64,000 nucleotides of DNA from Gemmatimonadota bacterium (GTDB lineage: Bacteria > Gemmatimonadota > Gemmatimonadetes > JACCXV01 > JAHWKZ01), in the NCBI GenBank assembly GCA_039591175.1, contig JBDHED010000001.1, positions 452-64,451 on the forward strand, given 5' to 3'. Shown one piece after another: positions 8,091-17,635 of the stretch; position 1 is the first letter of the stretch; every line of letters begins with the position of its first letter. The position numbers and the translations under genes were made by a program. The notes under the pieces are model-generated. The model was not told the DNA's origin. It saw only the letters and a list, made by a program, of their open reading frames with translations, and did not search any database.

Positions 8091-8652
8091 CGTGATTCGA
8101 GCTGATGGATCCGAACCTCAGCGGCATCTCGCTCGTCGGTTGTAGTTCAGGGATGTCGGGTTCGTCGCGCATCGTGTCGGCGTGTCGAGCGTACCAGGCG
8201 GCTCCTGGGGTCGCCGTGAGCCCGTGCGCCAAGATGCTAACCAGTACAGTGAATACGACGATCGCAAAAACGAGATCGATTGACATTATAGCTGAGCGTT
8301 CGACGATCAGCAGGCCAAAGAGGATCGATGCCAAGCCGCGCGGGCCGAACCAACCCACAAATGCGATCGTGTGCCAGCTGAGGTTCAGGCCCAGCATGCT
8401 CAACCAGGCCGGGACGATGCGGACCACGCTCAAGCTCAACAAGCCGTAGAGCACCACGCTGCCGTCAAACAACCGAGCCATGTCCGGGACCAGAACGGCT
8501 CCGAACACGAGAAAGACGAGCAACGTGAGCAGCTGACCCTCAGCCTCAGCGAACTCGTACAACCCCTGACAATGGTCGCGCACCGCTGCGCCCAATGCTA
8601 GACCTGCTCCAAAAGCGGCGATAAATCCGTTTGGACACCAAACCGTAGCCCA
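8083..8652 (-). pseudogene. 5'-truncated remnant of a CPA1-family Na+(K+)/H+ antiporter: only the C-terminal ~170 residues (last ~4-5 TM helices) are present
   Basis: ...AFVGWFGPRGLASILFGLLIV... matches the WxGxRGAvxIxLA motif, and ...VVFTVLVSILAHGLTATPGAAWYA is the C-terminal motif of NhaP-type exchangers. Extending the frame upstream of the first start (a TTG at 8595) still reads TM-like sequence (PNGFIAAFGAGLAL) but hits stops at 8653-8655 and 8668-8670. No N-terminal ~250 aa exists; the LPG-synthase-like gene ends at 8692. Confidence 0.5.
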
Positions 8653-8691
8653 CTACGCAGGCCCCGATCACGATGAGGGCGAGTGTGCCGC

Positions 8692-9723
8692 TCACTTCTT
8701 GTGATCGCTGTTGGCCGCCGCTGACAGGTCTCGATACCCGAAAGCGGCTGCGAGTACGGCCGCGACGGCGACCTCGACACCGGTCAGCCACAAGCGCGAC
8801 AGGATCGCGGCTGCAGCCGCCGCCGACGGTGGTAGAAACCGTGCCAAGAGAAGCGCGTACACGCCCTCGCGCACACCGATGCCGCCGGGCGCGAAGACCG
8901 CCAGCCAACCGGCCGCGTAGCCAGCTGCACTGACGCCCACGAGCGGCCAGAGATCCTTCGCTGCGACCACCGTTAGACCCGATAGAAAGAGATAGAAACC
9001 AGTGCCAAAGAAAAACCACGCGACGATATAGCCGCCCGCAAGCGAACCTCGCTGGCGCATCCCAATCGAACCTATCTCGGAGAATGTATTGGGCCGCCAG
9101 CGCATGAGTGCCGCCTGGAGAGTGTCGAATAACGGTGTAAAGACGAGCGCTGCCAGGCCAGCGAGGACAACCAACGGCAGCCATGTCGGCCCCGGTAACG
9201 AGCTGCCACCTAGCGTGGCGACGGCTACGATCACCGCACTGCCGACGACGAACGCCTGCGCCAGGACGCTGGATGCGACCGTGATCGATCCGGGAACACC
9301 CTTAGCGCGCGCGAGATACGCGGTGCCAGCGAGCTGGAACACCTTACCAGGTACGTACCGGGCGAGATTGCCGAAGTACCAGATCCGGTGCGCATCGACC
9401 AACGTCAATCGGCCGCCGAGTGCGTGCAAGAGCTGGCGCCACAATACCACGAACAAGCTGTACGAGATGACCACGCAGAGGGAGCCCAATAACAACCGGG
9501 GCCAGCGGAAGGACCATGCGTACGCCTCGACCTGGTTCCAGTTGCGAGCGACGTACCAGCCCAACGCGACGAGTACGACTGCTGCTCCGACCCGCTCGGC
9601 CCAGGCCAGTCGTCGGTGATCGCTTGCTGGGCCGTCGGCGGGGCTCAGTGGGCTGGATCTCTCCTGCGCCACGTAGCGACCAGTAACCCCAGCCAGAGCG
9701 CCAGACCTCCGATGCTGCCCCAC
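8692..9723 (-). CDS. Lysylphosphatidylglycerol-synthase TM-region / flippase-like domain protein (UPF0104, MprF flippase-domain family)
   Basis: Polytopic membrane protein with ...LWRQLLHALGGRLTLVDAHRIWYFGNLARYVPGKVFQLAGTAYLARAKGVP... characteristic of PF03706. It sits among glycosyltransferases. The true start may be internal, because the annotated ORF overlaps the YfhO-like 3' end by 78 nt. Confidence 0.6.
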   Translation of the reverse strand: MGQHRRSGALAGVTGRYVAQERSSPLSPADGPASDHRRLAWAERVGAAVVLVALGWYVARNWNQVEAYAWSFRWPRLLLGSLCVVISYSLFVVLWRQLLHALGGRLTLVDAHRIWYFGNLARYVPGKVFQLAGTAYLARAKGVPGSITVASSVLAQAFVVGSAVIVAVATLGGSSLPGPTWLPLVVLAGLAALVFTPLFDTLQAALMRWRPNTFSEIGSIGMRQRGSLAGGYIVAWFFFGTGFYLFLSGLTVVAAKDLWPLVGVSAAGYAAGWLAVFAPGGIGVREGVYALLLARFLPPSAAAAAAILSRLWLTGVEVAVAAVLAAAFGYRDLSAAANSDHKK

Positions 9724-12032
9724 CGCCCGTAGCTCACAAACGGATCCTGGAACTGCATCTCGATCCGGTGTCGGCCGGCAGGAATCGCGACCGCTCGAAG
9801 CGCGATGTCGACTTGGATCACCGGTGTCGACTCGCCATCGATCGTTGCTTGCCAGTAGGGGTGATAGATCTCACTCATGACGAGCAAGCCATCAGCCGCC
9901 ATCTCAGCGTCGATGATCAGCTGATCGGTGTCGCGTGTGACCCATTCGACGGTGCTCGATCCGGGTTCCGCCGGGCCCAACGCGGGACGTTCCGCGTCGG
10001 CCATCAGGATCGCGGTCCGGAGCGGGTCAAAGCTGGGGTCGAGGAGCCTTGCTCGCGCGTCAGGTACAGCGTCGATCGGTACGACGTCATGTACGACCCA
10101 GGCGCGCGGAGAAGCCACTTGCCTGGCATAGACATGGCGTCCCTCGTCCTGATGAACGAGGTCGAACCCGACTGCCTGTACGGCCGGCCCCGAGATCACG
10201 TACCGGACGTTCAGCAACGACCATATCGGTGGCTCAGCTAGACCCGATTGATCTTCGCCGACCAGATCGTCCCACCAGGACAACCGGAAGTTCTGTGAGC
10301 CCGTGACGGACTCGACCCCAAACAACATGAGATCGTTGGGACCGTACGCGGTCGGTAGCGGCCAGACCCGAAAAGGCTCGGGTTGTTGCCGCAGGTAATT
10401 GGCTGTCGGATCAGCGCTGGTGATACGGTCGATCGGCAGCGTGTCGTAGAAGTCCTGATCGACGCGCCAGAGATCGACCAGGGCGATCGTAGCCAAGATC
10501 GCGCAGGCGATCAGCGGCGCGATTCGCCGCCTGACGGCCAGCCAACAGATCGCCGCGCTGGCACCCCAGAACACCGCGAACAGACCCAATCCAGTGACAA
10601 ACGCACCCATCGCGTCCAGGACCGCAGGGGTGTTCCGAGCGCCGAACTGTGTGCCGTACAGAAGGCTCGTCCACACGTTGGCGAAGCCATCGGGTGTGGC
10701 GGCGGCCCAAGCCCAAAGAGCGAACCAAACGAGGCCCAGGCCACCGACAATCTTCCACGCGATATGCCGAGGATCAGCCAATGCTTCTCGCCGATCATAA
10801 AGACATTGCGCGCCGAATCCGGCCAATACGCACGTTGACAGCGCGACAACCGAGAACATCATCGCCGGCGCGCGAAAGGATTTCATGATCGGCAGCGTCC
10901 AGTAGAAGAGTCGGTGGACGGGTGTTGCTGCACCCCAGGCGAAAAGAAGGCCCCCGAGGGCGAGCGCGGCGAAGAACCATGCCTGGGCCGACCGTCGACC
11001 GATCAGCGCAATCAGCGCCAGGAGCACAGGGACGGCACCCAGATACTCGGTGTGGAGCTTGAACGGATTGGTTCCCCAGTAGGAGCGCAGATACCCCTGA
11101 AACGCGGGCCAGATCGTGGCCAGTGTCTCTTGTACCGGCATCGACCACGAGGACGCGTATTCGTAACCACGGTCAACGCGATGCGAGAATTGCAGCATGT
11201 TGGCGGTAGGCCATATCTCGACCAGGGCTAACAGACCGGCCAGCGCGTAGGCGCCTACAAACGACGCGCCGAGAAGCGCGACGGTTCGCGGTGCGTGGGT
11301 TTGGCGATAGAGCTGAACCAAGCGAAACGCGACGTACGCCGCCACGCCCATCGCCGCGAAGTACATCATCTGGACGTGCGGTGTAAACGCTTGCAGCGCT
11401 ACAACGGCGGTCAGCCACAGAAACCAATGTGGGCGACGCCGTTCGATCGCACGCTCCGCCAGCAGGAATAGCGCCGGCGTCCAGCTCATAGCGAACATCC
11501 GTCCGTCCTGACCCGCGTACAGATGGCTCATCAGATAGCCGGTGAAGCCATATGCGACCCCGGCGACGAGCGCCGCTCCCGGTGCGAGCTTGAGCTCGCG
11601 AGCCAAACCGTACATGAGCGCTCCGGCGAGGATCACATGCAAGACAAAACCCCAACCGATTGCGCGGTGAAGGGGCATCGCAAAATAGAGGAGCGATGTC
11701 GGATAGTAGACCGGGTAAGGCAGGGTCGATAGGTAAGGCAATCCACCGAACACGAACGGGTTCCACTGTGGCAGACCCTCACCAGCCTGAACTTGCTCGA
11801 CCGCAAAGGACCGGCTTTGATAGGCTTGCGACAACATGTCCGTGCCGAACATGACGGAGTCTCGGTCGGTGATAAAAGACCCAAAGAACGCCAGCACGGC
11901 GACGGTCAGACCGATCAAGAACAACCACCAAACGCGGTGCGATGGAGTCGTCCCGGCCGGTGGTGGAGGTGGTTGTGTCTTTGTGCCCGGCCGGCCGCGT
12001 CCCTTCTTCTTCCTCTTCTTGGCTGAGGTCAT
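9645..12032 (-). CDS. YfhO-like large polytopic membrane protein (GT-C fold glycosyltransferase family)
   Basis: About 795 aa with more than 10 TM helices in the N-terminal half (WWLFLIGLTVAVLAFFGSFI..., FAMPLHRAIGWGFVLHVILAGALMYGLAR...), followed by a large extracytoplasmic domain. This is the YfhO architecture. The ATG at 12032 overlaps the methyltransferase stop (ATGA). Confidence 0.6.
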   Translation of the reverse strand: MTSAKKRKKKGRGRPGTKTQPPPPPAGTTPSHRVWWLFLIGLTVAVLAFFGSFITDRDSVMFGTDMLSQAYQSRSFAVEQVQAGEGLPQWNPFVFGGLPYLSTLPYPVYYPTSLLYFAMPLHRAIGWGFVLHVILAGALMYGLARELKLAPGAALVAGVAYGFTGYLMSHLYAGQDGRMFAMSWTPALFLLAERAIERRRPHWFLWLTAVVALQAFTPHVQMMYFAAMGVAAYVAFRLVQLYRQTHAPRTVALLGASFVGAYALAGLLALVEIWPTANMLQFSHRVDRGYEYASSWSMPVQETLATIWPAFQGYLRSYWGTNPFKLHTEYLGAVPVLLALIALIGRRSAQAWFFAALALGGLLFAWGAATPVHRLFYWTLPIMKSFRAPAMMFSVVALSTCVLAGFGAQCLYDRREALADPRHIAWKIVGGLGLVWFALWAWAAATPDGFANVWTSLLYGTQFGARNTPAVLDAMGAFVTGLGLFAVFWGASAAICWLAVRRRIAPLIACAILATIALVDLWRVDQDFYDTLPIDRITSADPTANYLRQQPEPFRVWPLPTAYGPNDLMLFGVESVTGSQNFRLSWWDDLVGEDQSGLAEPPIWSLLNVRYVISGPAVQAVGFDLVHQDEGRHVYARQVASPRAWVVHDVVPIDAVPDARARLLDPSFDPLRTAILMADAERPALGPAEPGSSTVEWVTRDTDQLIIDAEMAADGLLVMSEIYHPYWQATIDGESTPVIQVDIALRAVAIPAGRHRIEMQFQDPFVSYGRWGSIGGLALWLGLLVATWRRRDPAH

Positions 12033-12763
12033 GAGGCGCTTCCGTGTCGTACGAGGAAAAACCATTGCGGCGATAGCAGCTCGAGCGCCCTTCGGCGGGG
12101 TGCGGTTGGGAAGGAACGGGCGACCTTCCCGATCAGCCGGCCGGTGCGACTGGTATAGCGATCGATCTCCGTCATGAGAACTCGGTCCGTCAGATCGTCG
12201 AGCACGAGGTCTTGACGATTCGCCGCAGCCGCCAGCCTACGATGGGTGGTGAAGTTGATATCGGCGTAGCGCTCTCCGCGTCCGCTCCACCGCAGGATCC
12301 GCGTCGCCACTGGCTCGGGCCACCACGCCAGCGTGGGGACGCGGTAATGAGGCTCCATAAGGGCGTATCGGTTGCCAGCTGTCATGTATGCGCGTCCATT
12401 CTCGGTCAGCACCCGAGCGAGCTCTGCAAAGAACGCGTCCAAGTCACGAACGTGCTCGTAGACGTGGTTTGCGATTCCGAATGCGACGCTCTGATCGCGC
12501 AGCGGTAATCGCTCCAAATCAGCGACCGCCATCCGTTTCGGATCTTCCACAAACGCGAGATCGATCTCGAATCCAACAATCGGACGCCGTGCCAACTCCT
12601 CCAATCGTTTTCGGATCAGTCCAGTACCGGCACCAAGATCGACGGCCGTTTGCGCCGACGCGAGCCACGGTTCACAGATCGCGTGAATAAGATCTGCTTT
12701 TTGGCGACGCGATGCTCGGTACTCGGGGTCGGCCAGCCACCGGGTGTAATAGTTGCCCGTCAA
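12029..12763 (-). CDS. Class I SAM-dependent methyltransferase
   Basis: Motif I VDLGAGTGLI and the ...GIANHVYEHVRDLDAFFAELARVLTENGRAYM region are Methyltransf_11/12-like. Confidence 0.75.
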   Translation of the reverse strand: MTGNYYTRWLADPEYRASRRQKADLIHAICEPWLASAQTAVDLGAGTGLIRKRLEELARRPIVGFEIDLAFVEDPKRMAVADLERLPLRDQSVAFGIANHVYEHVRDLDAFFAELARVLTENGRAYMTAGNRYALMEPHYRVPTLAWWPEPVATRILRWSGRGERYADINFTTHRRLAAAANRQDLVLDDLTDRVLMTEIDRYTSRTGRLIGKVARSFPTAPRRRALELLSPQWFFLVRHGSAS

Positions 12764-14019
12764 TCCTGAATCGGTACCGTTCCGCCGCGCCCCGCGTACA
12801 CTTGATCGAGACGGCTCAAGATCGTCTCCCAGCCAAATGCCGTGCGCACGTGCTGACGGCCGGTCGAGCCGATGCGATCAGCGAGTGCGCGGTCGCTCAA
12901 CACGCGTCGAATGCCGTCGGCGATCGACGGCACCGTGTCCTCAACCAGCAAACCGGTACGCCCGTCCTCGACGATGTCGGTGATGCCACCCCGCCGTGTC
13001 GCCACGACGGGTGTTCCGTACGTCATCGCTTCGAGCAGCACCACCCCAAGTCCTTCGGTATCGTCACGGGCGTCGAGCGTAGCCGGCAAAACGAAGCACG
13101 AAGCTCGGCGATAGGCGGTCACAAGGTCTTCTTGGCTGACTTTGCCGAGGAACTCGACACGTCCGGCGATATCGAGGTCACGAGCGAGCTTGGCTAGGCG
13201 ATCGTGCTCGGGTCCAAAACCGACGATTTCTAGTCGCCAACGCTGATCGCGCTGGGTGGCTAGGGCTTCCAGCAGGCGGTCAACGCCTTTGCGCTCGACG
13301 AGACGGCCGACAAACAAGATGACCGGGTCACCTGTTGTCGGTTGTAGTCCGGTTTCATGGTCATCCGCTGGCAGTGGTACGCCGTAGGGGATGATATCGA
13401 TCTCGTTCGGCGCGTAGGGCGCGAGCGCCGTCCGGGTGCTGGCTGAGATCGCGATCAACTTTGACCGTTGGCAATACCACCGCAGAAATGATTTGGCAGG
13501 TGGGAACCGGTTCTCCGCCCATCGGATCTCGGCCCCATAGAAGGTGGTCACGAGCTTGGCCCCAGAAGCTCGGGAAGCGGCCCAGCCGATCACACCATGC
13601 GGTACGGCCCAGTGGACATGCACCACGTCGAATCGTTCCCGCCGACCCAGGCGATACCCGGCAGCCATTCCCGCGCCCGCGTAGGAGGGCAACAAAAGCG
13701 CGTACGCCGGTTGTCGTTGGAGCCGGTCCGGGGTCGCCTCGTCGTGCGTTAGCCGTTCCCACTTGGATGGCGCGTACCGAAACCGATGAATGGTTATCGG
13801 ACCGGAACGCTGCTGACCCGACCCGCGATAGGCGGGGACTAGCACGTGGACATTATGTCCGGCGGCGGCTTGTTTCTGACACAGGGTGACGAGCCAGGGC
13901 GTGATCACGTCATCCGCCGAGCGGGGCCAGGCGGTAGCGATGTGGAGTAGGCGGGTCACGCTGCCAGCGTCTGGCGTACGGGGTGGCTCACCCCTCCGTT
14001 CCCGGTGGCTTATCGGCAT
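12760..14019 (-). CDS. GT4 (group 1) glycosyltransferase
   Basis: C-terminal ...RVEFLGKVSQEDLVTAYRRASCFVLPATLDARDDTEGLGVVLLEAMTYGTPVVATRRGGITDIVEDGRTGLLVE is the GT4 EX7E-type signature region. The start is uncertain because the ORF overlaps the upstream GT2 by ~30-120 nt. Confidence 0.8.
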   Translation of the reverse strand: MPISHRERRGEPPRTPDAGSVTRLLHIATAWPRSADDVITPWLVTLCQKQAAAGHNVHVLVPAYRGSGQQRSGPITIHRFRYAPSKWERLTHDEATPDRLQRQPAYALLLPSYAGAGMAAGYRLGRRERFDVVHVHWAVPHGVIGWAASRASGAKLVTTFYGAEIRWAENRFPPAKSFLRWYCQRSKLIAISASTRTALAPYAPNEIDIIPYGVPLPADDHETGLQPTTGDPVILFVGRLVERKGVDRLLEALATQRDQRWRLEIVGFGPEHDRLAKLARDLDIAGRVEFLGKVSQEDLVTAYRRASCFVLPATLDARDDTEGLGVVLLEAMTYGTPVVATRRGGITDIVEDGRTGLLVEDTVPSIADGIRRVLSDRALADRIGSTGRQHVRTAFGWETILSRLDQVYAGRGGTVPIQD

Positions 14020-14944
14020 CGAGAAGTCGGCGCTCGAGATGCTCGACGCGATCACGAACCCCGGCGATTCCCTCTGCCAAGACCCCCAACGAGAAGAACA
14101 GCGCACCCAGGACGATCAGCAGTATGACTAGGTAGAGCAGCGGGCGGTACCCTTGGCCAAGCCCGAACCGCAGGTAGAGCGCGACCGCTCCTACCACGAC
14201 CCCGCTCGCACCGAGAACACTCCCGAGCGTACCGAAGAAAACAAGCGGTCGGCGAAGGATCGAAGTCAGCATCTTGACCGATAACAGGTCGAGCACACCC
14301 GCGAGTATGCGTCCTGCCCCAGAGTACTTGGACGTTCCGAATTGTCTCGGATACAGCCTAATTGGAATCTCCGCCAACCGGTAGCCGCGATCATGAGCCA
14401 GGACGACGAAAAAGCGATGCCAGTCGTGTCGCAACGGAATGACGTCCAGGATGTCGCGACGAAAGGCCTTCATCGAGTTGAGGTCGTGCACTGGAACCCG
14501 GAACAGCTTCTGCGACAACCAGTTGTAGACGACCGATACGAAGCGTTTTTCGTACGCACCTTGTTTCCAACCCGTCACCACGTCGAACCCCTCATCGAGC
14601 TTGTCGAGAAAGCGCGGAATCTCGTCCGGTGTGTGTTGGAGATCGGCGTCAAACAGAACGATGCGCGGTTGGCGGGTGGCGGTCGAAGCGGTCACTATGG
14701 CTTCCGTTTTTCCACGGTTCTCGGCATGGCACTCGATCCGCACCCGCACCGGGAAACCTCGTGCTGCTTCGCGCGCCGCCGACGCCGTGCCGTCGGTGGA
14801 GCCGTCATCGATCAGCACGACTTCCCCGCCCAGGTGATGGTCACGCCACGTCTTACGCAGTGCGTCGAACAGCGGGACCATATTCTCGACTTCGTTGTAC
14901 GCTGGGATCGCCAACGCGAATCGGCTCCGAGACTCTCTCGTCAT
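13988..14944 (-). CDS. GT2 polyprenyl-phosphate glycosyltransferase with two C-terminal TM helices (CsbB/GtrB/DPM1-like)
   Basis: FALAIPAYNEVENMVPLF...VVLIDDGSTDGT...VLFDADLQHTP is a GT-A catalytic domain. The C-terminal RPLVFFGTLGSVLGASGVVVGAVALYLRF...LLYLVILLIVLGALFFSLGVLAEGIAGV forms a membrane hairpin typical of GtrB/CsbB. Confidence 0.8.
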   Translation of the reverse strand: MTRESRSRFALAIPAYNEVENMVPLFDALRKTWRDHHLGGEVVLIDDGSTDGTASAAREAARGFPVRVRIECHAENRGKTEAIVTASTATRQPRIVLFDADLQHTPDEIPRFLDKLDEGFDVVTGWKQGAYEKRFVSVVYNWLSQKLFRVPVHDLNSMKAFRRDILDVIPLRHDWHRFFVVLAHDRGYRLAEIPIRLYPRQFGTSKYSGAGRILAGVLDLLSVKMLTSILRRPLVFFGTLGSVLGASGVVVGAVALYLRFGLGQGYRPLLYLVILLIVLGALFFSLGVLAEGIAGVRDRVEHLERRLLDADKPPGTEG

Positions 14945-16056
14945 GCGCTCTTTCCGCTAGCCGTCTGGAGCACCGCCAAGGTTTCGGTCGCTGCGGCGTC
15001 CCACGTGTAACGCTTGGCCCGTTCGATACCCGCCAGCTCTAGCCGGTGTCGTTCATCTGGCTCCGCGATCGCGCGCTTCATGGCTGCGACCAGGCTCCGC
15101 ACGTCACCGTGGGGCACCGCCCACCCGGTTTCGTCGGGCACGATCGTATCCCTCAGCCCCGGCGCGTCGCTGACGATGGCGATCGTTCCGACGCGTTGGG
15201 CCTCGAGGCTGGATATGCCCCACCCCTCTTTCGGGCTCGTGTAGCACAATGCCCACGCCGACCTGAGGAGCTCCCACTTCTGCTCCTCCCCGACCCAGCC
15301 GACAAACTCGATCCGGTCCGATCCGCTGGCCGCCGCGCGGCGCTCGAGCTGCGATCGGTGATCGCCGTCCCCGGCGATGATCAGTCTCGCGTCTGGATGG
15401 TCGACGGACAGAAGCGCGAACGCCTCGAGAATCAGCTCGATCGCTTTGTAGCGTTTCAATCTGCCCAGGTACACGAACAGCGGTGTGGGTGACTTCTTCT
15501 GGTCGATCAGCTCATCGAAAGGCCCGTCCGAGATGCCATTCGGAATCACCGTGATCTGCTCTCGGCGTACGCCGCTCCGCACTAACTCGTCCTCAGTGGA
15601 CCTGGAGACCGCGATAAACGGAGCGTGGCGGTAGGCGCGCGAGATCGGTCGCTCGCCGAGCCAGACGTACGTCGCGAAAGCCGGGTTCGTCTCGTGGTAG
15701 GCGGTGCGGCCGAGCAGATGATGAACCAGCGCAACCACTGGCTTGTCCGCGAACAGTGGTGACAGAAACGGAATCTTGTTTAGATCGTCGACGATCACAT
15801 CGTAGTCGTTGTGGCGCAAAACCCGGCGGTAGAGGCCTGGCACGACGTAGTTGAAGAGCCGATACCGTTGTCCGCGTCTGAGGATATTGATCCCCTCCAG
15901 CTGGTCGTCGGAGGGTGCACCCGGATACCCAGTACACAACAGATCCACGCGGTGACCGAACTGAGCGATCCGGCCGAACACCTCACGCAAGTGAAACTCC
16001 GCCCCGCCTGCAAAGGGGTGTGTCCAGTCTTGCCAGTTGATGACGAGAATGCGCAT
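14941..16056 (-). CDS. GT4 (group 1) glycosyltransferase
   Basis: MRILVINWQDWTHPFAGGAEFHLREVF... and ...YLGRLKRYKAIELILEAFALL...ARLIIAGDGDHRSQLERRAAASGSDRIEFVGWVGEEQKWELLRSAWALCYTSPKEGWGISSLEAQRVGTIAIVSDAPGLRDTIVPDETGW. Confidence 0.8.
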   Translation of the reverse strand: MRILVINWQDWTHPFAGGAEFHLREVFGRIAQFGHRVDLLCTGYPGAPSDDQLEGINILRRGQRYRLFNYVVPGLYRRVLRHNDYDVIVDDLNKIPFLSPLFADKPVVALVHHLLGRTAYHETNPAFATYVWLGERPISRAYRHAPFIAVSRSTEDELVRSGVRREQITVIPNGISDGPFDELIDQKKSPTPLFVYLGRLKRYKAIELILEAFALLSVDHPDARLIIAGDGDHRSQLERRAAASGSDRIEFVGWVGEEQKWELLRSAWALCYTSPKEGWGISSLEAQRVGTIAIVSDAPGLRDTIVPDETGWAVPHGDVRSLVAAMKRAIAEPDERHRLELAGIERAKRYTWDAAATETLAVLQTASGKSA

Positions 16057-16826
16057 CAGGTATCGCTCGGCTTGCGGGCTACGACTCCTATCGTGTGTGC
16101 TGTGTAGCGGGCGACACGCGGTGCCAGCAAGCGATCTCGGACACCCCGTCTCGCACGCCGTGCGGCCTGTGGCCCGCGGGGCTCCAAGGGCAGCGACGCC
16201 ACCGGCTCGGCCGCGTGACGAAGCAGCCGATAGGCCAGGCTAGGCACCATCCAATCTCCGTACGTCTCGATAACCTCGTAGCCAGCACCCGACACCAGCC
16301 GTTCGAGCTGGCCGATCGTGTACTCGGTTTCCCAGCCCGCAAACCATCGATCGAAGCGCAGTGACAGCCGTTTGAGGATCGTCCACGGATGAAAGGTCTG
16401 CGGCACGTCAACCACCAGCAGACCGCCTGATCGGATGACCCGACGGTTCTCCGCTAGAAACGCAGTCGGGTTTCCGAAGTGTTCGAGCACGCCTTGATGG
16501 AATACGAGATCGAAAGTCGCGTCCGCAAACGGAAGGTGCAGGGCGTCACCACCAACGATCCCCCGCCCGACCAAGCTCGGCGCCGATTGCGCCATGAGAG
16601 ACCACGCCGACGGAGAGCTATCAAGCGCGATTGCGGACAGCCCTCTCTCGGACAGCCACGCCGTATCGCGCCCCGTCCCAGCACCCACCTCCAGTACTCG
16701 CTCAGCCTTCGGTGGCAGCGCTCGCATGACCGTCTCCAGCACCCTCGGGCTCGATCGGTAGACCCGCTCGAGATCGTTTTTCTGCGCCCAGAACTGGTCC
16801 CAGCGCGGCTCCGAATTCTCGGTCAC
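16056..16826 (-). CDS. Class I SAM-dependent methyltransferase
   Basis: ERVLEVGAGTGRDTAWLSERGLSAIALDSSP... and ...ATFDLVFHQGVLEHFGNP...SGGLLVV show motifs I, II and III. Confidence 0.75.
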   Translation of the reverse strand: MTENSEPRWDQFWAQKNDLERVYRSSPRVLETVMRALPPKAERVLEVGAGTGRDTAWLSERGLSAIALDSSPSAWSLMAQSAPSLVGRGIVGGDALHLPFADATFDLVFHQGVLEHFGNPTAFLAENRRVIRSGGLLVVDVPQTFHPWTILKRLSLRFDRWFAGWETEYTIGQLERLVSGAGYEVIETYGDWMVPSLAYRLLRHAAEPVASLPLEPRGPQAARRARRGVRDRLLAPRVARYTAHTIGVVARKPSDT

Positions 16827-17602
16827 AACCCCATCGCCAATCTGGCGGCTTCAAACCGTGGAAGCCCGCGCCGATCGATAGCGTCCTGTGCAGCCGCGAT
16901 ATCGTACTCGAGTCGCACCATGCGCACGGTATCCGTGCCAAGATCGAGCACTGCGCAGGCGGCGCGAGGATCGCGGTCCCGCGGTTGGCCGACAGCGCCC
17001 GGGTTAATAATCGCCCGACCGTACGGGCCCAACAGGAGATCACTCTCTGCGATTTCGGTCGCTTCCTCCTCGCGCTCGAGGCTGACCCAGCTGACTTCAC
17101 CGCCGTCTGTTTGGGCAAATACCGCCGGGACGTGTGTGTGTCCGATGAGACCGTAGCGCGTTGTCAGGGCTTGGAACTCGAGAGCCACGTCGGATTCATC
17201 GCGGATGTACGTGTAACGAGCGGGATCGGCGAAACCGCTGTGACCCAGGGTGACTCCGTCGAGTTCGATCGTCGACGGCAACTCCGCCAACCAATCGAGC
17301 TCCCGCTGGCCAAGTAGCTCTGCCTGCCGTTCGACCGCCCGGCGCGCGTGCTCGTTGAACCATCCCCGGAGCGATGGGTCGACGACCGCGTGATCGTGAT
17401 TCCCCTTGACCGTGCCCGCGCAGCGCTCGCGTACGATCCGAATGCACTCTTCCGGGTCTCCGCCATAACCGACTACGTCTCCCAAACAGTAGATCGCGTC
17501 TACGTCCGCGCCATCGAGATACTCCAGGACCCGGTTAAGCGCCTGGAGGTTCGCGTGCACGTCGGCGACGACGCCGTGGCGGCCCCGGATATGCTCAGTC
17601 AT
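16823..17602 (-). CDS. Metallophosphoesterase (calcineurin-like phosphoesterase, YfcE/MJ0936-type)
   Basis: VVADVHANLQALNRVLEYL...IYCLGDVVGYGGDPEECI...GNHDHAV shows the D-x-H, GD and GNHD metal-binding motifs. Confidence 0.75.
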   Translation of the reverse strand: MTEHIRGRHGVVADVHANLQALNRVLEYLDGADVDAIYCLGDVVGYGGDPEECIRIVRERCAGTVKGNHDHAVVDPSLRGWFNEHARRAVERQAELLGQRELDWLAELPSTIELDGVTLGHSGFADPARYTYIRDESDVALEFQALTTRYGLIGHTHVPAVFAQTDGGEVSWVSLEREEEATEIAESDLLLGPYGRAIINPGAVGQPRDRDPRAACAVLDLGTDTVRMVRLEYDIAAAQDAIDRRGLPRFEAARLAMGL

Positions 17603-17635
17603 TGCAAGAGGTTGTCAGCCGAGTTGCGAGGCAAC

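Noticed and set aside
8692-9723. Calling the LPG-synthase-TM protein a lysyl-PG synthase (MprF)
   Set aside because: Only the flippase-type TM domain is present. There is no C-terminal aminoacyl-tRNA transferase domain. The context favours a sugar-lipid flippase role.
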